Assembly: GCA_003555415.1 (NCBI GenBank)
Contig: PWHX01000012.1
Span: forward strand, 13,053 to 77,052
Origin: Syntrophomonadaceae bacterium
GTDB lineage: Bacteria; Bacillota; Dethiobacteria; SKNC01
Reading direction: 5' to 3'
Length of the DNA stretch: 64,000 nucleotides
Shown: positions 61,497 through 64,000 of the stretch, one piece after another
How the letters are laid out: every line of letters begins with the position of its first letter
How positions within the stretch are numbered: position 1 is the stretch's first letter
Position numbers and translations under genes: made by a program
Notes under the pieces: generated by a model
Told to the model about the DNA's origin: nothing
The model's input: only the letters and a program-made list of their open reading frames with translations
Databases searched by the model: none

Positions 61497-62994
61497 AGAA
61501 GTAGCTATAGGTATTGGAGCTGCATTATTGGTTATATTGTTTCAACAGGGGGTTAATATTATGCCCTGGTTTTTCATGGTGGGATTGGTGTTCGTACTTT
61601 ATTACCTGGTTGGCTCTAAAGGCGGGAATAAAAGTTTTGCCATGATAAATAGCAGTAAGGATAAGAATAAAGTAGAGAAGATTAATTTTGATCGTATAGG
61701 GGGAAACGCTTCAGCAAAAAAGGAACTGCTTGAAGCTCTAGAGTTTATTCGCAACCCTAAAAAGGTAGTATCAATGGGTATCCGTCCCCTGAAAGGAATT
61801 TTACTTGATGGCCCTCCAGGGACGGGCAAAACCCTTTTGGCCAAAGCTGCTGCCAGCTATACGGAGTCTGTTTTTTTATCTGCTTCAGGAAGTGAATTTA
61901 TTGAAGTATACGCAGGAGTGGGAGCCCAGAGGGTAAGGCAGATATTCAACCAGGCCAGGGAAACGGCCAAGAAAGAAAAGAAAAACAGCGCTATAGTATT
62001 CATTGATGAAATAGAAATACTTGGAGGAAAACGAGGAACACATGGCAGCCACCTGGAATACGACCAGACTTTAAACCAGTTGCTGGTTGAAATGGATGGG
62101 ATTAATTATTACGACGAGGTAAAGCTTTTGGTTATTGGAGCTACCAACCGTTCAGAGCTCCTGGATTCTGCTATAGTCAGGCCGGGACGTTTTGACCGGA
62201 TAGTCAATGTAGATCTTCCAGATATAGACGGTAGAGAACAGATACTGAGCCTGCACACTGTAAATAAACCCCTGGACGAAGATGTAGATTTAAAAACAAT
62301 AGCCCGAGAGACCTTTGGCTTTTCCGGAGCTCACCTGGAAAGTGTAGCTAACGAAGCGGCTATTCTTGCTTTTAGAGAAAATAATAAAATTATATCACAA
62401 AAGTACTTTATAGAAGCTGTAGATAAAGTAATGATGGGAGAAAAAATGGACAGAAAACCTGATAAGGAAGAAATGCGAAGGATAGCAATCCATGAAACGG
62501 GACATGCTCTGATTAGTGAAATTGTTCGTCCCGGTTCTGTTTCTAGTATTACTACTTCTTCCCGAGGAAAAGCTCTGGGTTATATGAGACAAACTCCGGA
62601 AAAGGACCTTCATCTTTATACCAGAGATTACCTTGAGGGTCAGGTAGACATTCTTTTAGCCGGATCCATTGCAGAAGAAGAGATTATGGGTAGCAGGAGC
62701 ACCGGTGCTTCCTCAGATTTCCAGCAGGCTATAAATATAACAAAGCAAATTATTAGTTCCGGGATGTCAAGTTTAGGAGTGGTGAGCTTAAAAGAAGTTC
62801 CTGCTACGATGCTCCATGATACCGTAACTAAAATTATAGAAAAAGAGGAAACAAAGGTTCGAGATACTGTTAATCGTTATAAAGATCTCGTAAAAGAGGT
62901 AGCACATTATCTTTTAGAACAGGAAAAAATCTCTGGAGATAAATTAAGGCAATTGCTTGGCGTATATAAGAAAACAATAAAGGTAAGCAGCTAG
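61489..62994 (+). CDS. FtsH-like AAA+ ATPase with M41 peptidase domain
   Basis: GPPGTGKT, FIDE, ATNR..RPGRFD, HETGH, GASSDF; two closely spaced N-terminal TM helices; TTG 61489 likely (ORF track 61480). Confidence 0.9.
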   Translation: MIKEVAIGIGAALLVILFQQGVNIMPWFFMVGLVFVLYYLVGSKGGNKSFAMINSSKDKNKVEKINFDRIGGNASAKKELLEALEFIRNPKKVVSMGIRPLKGILLDGPPGTGKTLLAKAAASYTESVFLSASGSEFIEVYAGVGAQRVRQIFNQARETAKKEKKNSAIVFIDEIEILGGKRGTHGSHLEYDQTLNQLLVEMDGINYYDEVKLLVIGATNRSELLDSAIVRPGRFDRIVNVDLPDIDGREQILSLHTVNKPLDEDVDLKTIARETFGFSGAHLESVANEAAILAFRENNKIISQKYFIEAVDKVMMGEKMDRKPDKEEMRRIAIHETGHALISEIVRPGSVSSITTSSRGKALGYMRQTPEKDLHLYTRDYLEGQVDILLAGSIAEEEIMGSRSTGASSDFQQAINITKQIISSGMSSLGVVSLKEVPATMLHDTVTKIIEKEETKVRDTVNRYKDLVKEVAHYLLEQEKISGDKLRQLLGVYKKTIKVSS

Positions 62995-63018
62995 AGAGGC
63001 TGCTTACCTTTATTGTTT
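62972..63018 (+). terminator. 20-bp perfect inverted repeat spanning the stop codon
   Basis: AAACAATAAAGGTAAGCAGC-TAGAGAG-GCTGCTTACCTTTATTGTTT. Confidence 0.7.
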
Positions 63019-63085
63019 GCAAAAATATTTTGGAAGGGTTACAATTTAGTCTAAAAGGTAAAAATGTAGTTAAGGAGAGTCAAAG

Positions 63086-63586
63086 TTGAAGGCAGACACC
63101 GTAAATGAAGAAACTATAAAAGAAGTAGTAGCCCGGCTGCTTTTTAAAAGCAATTATACTCTGGTTGTTGCAGAGTCTTGCACCGGCGGCTTGCTGGCCG
63201 ATAAACTTACTGATATCCCCGGCAGCTCTAATTATTTTTTGCTAGGAATAACCTGTTATAGCAATGAAGCAAAAATGGAATTATTAAAAGTGCCTCAGGA
63301 AACAATAGATACTGCGGGTGCTGTGAGTGAAGAAACAGCCAGGGCTATGGCGGACAACATTCGCAGCCTGGCTTTTGCTGACCTTGCTTTATCTACTACG
63401 GGTTATGCTGGCCCTGGAGATAGCCCTCTGGAGCCCATAGGATTAGTTTATGTGGGTATGGCCACCCCTGAAGGCACTTTCTGCCGGAGATTTAATTTCC
63501 AGGGGGATAGAAGAAGTATTAAAAAGCAGGCGGGTAATAGTGCTTTAAATATGATCAGGCTTTACCTGGAGGGCTCCTTGGAATGA
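63086..63586 (+). CDS. CinA C-terminal domain / NMN deamidase (PncC-like)
   Basis: AESCTGG, PGSS, YSNEAK, GAVS, TGYAGP. Confidence 0.9.
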   Translation: MKADTVNEETIKEVVARLLFKSNYTLVVAESCTGGLLADKLTDIPGSSNYFLLGITCYSNEAKMELLKVPQETIDTAGAVSEETARAMADNIRSLAFADLALSTTGYAGPGDSPLEPIGLVYVGMATPEGTFCRRFNFQGDRRSIKKQAGNSALNMIRLYLEGSLE

Positions 63587-63631
63587 TTCAGTAATACTTC
63601 CCTTTCCAACTTTGTTAAAAAAGGTGATTAG

Positions 63632-64000
63632 ATGGACTATCGCTACTACTACTTAAAGGTAGGAATTATAGCCACTATAGGGATGATCGTTTTTGTAAGC
63701 TTTCTAGGGAATGTAGCGATTCCCATGAGTGCTTTGGAGCTGGAATTGAATATTCAATTATTTAGCCAGGGATATACCGAGGTGGTTATTCCTCCTTTTG
63801 GTACAGTCAGGGCTCAAACTCATATTTCTCCCCTGCAGTTTCAGGTAATACTGCAAAATATTAATTTGGATTTGCTTCAGGAAGCTATCCCCGACTTATC
63901 TAAGGAGGAGTTTATAGGTCAGCTTCAAAAACAAATCATGTCTTATCTATACTATTTCTTTTTTCGAATTATGGCTTTAGGATTCCTTGGTGGTGCTGCA
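63632..64000 (+). CDS. Membrane protein, 3' truncated by window end (possible metallophosphoesterase N-terminus)
   Basis: ATG 63632 after AAGGTG; open to window end: MDYRYYYLKVGIIATIGMIVFVSFLG...PPFGTVRAQTHISP...; missing from ORF track. Confidence 0.7.
   Translation, partial: MDYRYYYLKVGIIATIGMIVFVSFLGNVAIPMSALELELNIQLFSQGYTEVVIPPFGTVRAQTHISPLQFQVILQNINLDLLQEAIPDLSKEEFIGQLQKQIMSYLYYFFFRIMALGFLGGAA

Overview
Low-GC, endospore-forming anaerobic Bacillota (Clostridia/Dethiobacteria-like; lineage is inference) core-chromosome segment, almost entirely + strand. Order: two M42 peptidases, panGBCD with an attenuator leader, glutamate 2,3-aminomutase, dprA-topA-trmFO-xerC-hslVU-codY, rpsB-tsf-pyrH-frr-uppS-cdsA-dxr-rseP-ispG, rimP-nusA-ylxR-infB-rbfA-truB-ribF-rpsO-pnp, sporulation/cortex genes (two deacetylase-family proteins, VanW, ymxH, dpaAB, tepA-ylzJ), dapA-rnj, ftsK-rodZ-rimO-pgsA, an FtsH-like pair and cinA. 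Two blocks interrupt the usual rnj-tepA-ylzJ-spoIIIE order: (i) archaeal-type FBP aldolase/phosphatase plus a minimal SufC/SufB (SMS-like) pair, and (ii) a CheB-CheR-coiled-coil-PAS fusion plus hybrid histidine kinase with no chemoreceptor, followed by a switch-like RNA structure upstream of a Na+/Pi symporter. No rRNA, tRNA, CRISPR, prophage or transposase seen. Best leads: the receptor-less CheBR/kinase module, the candidate Na+-type riboswitch, the FtsH-like pair, and SD-led mini-ORFs in front of infB, dut and fbp. All calls come from motif recognition by eye; no searches were run.
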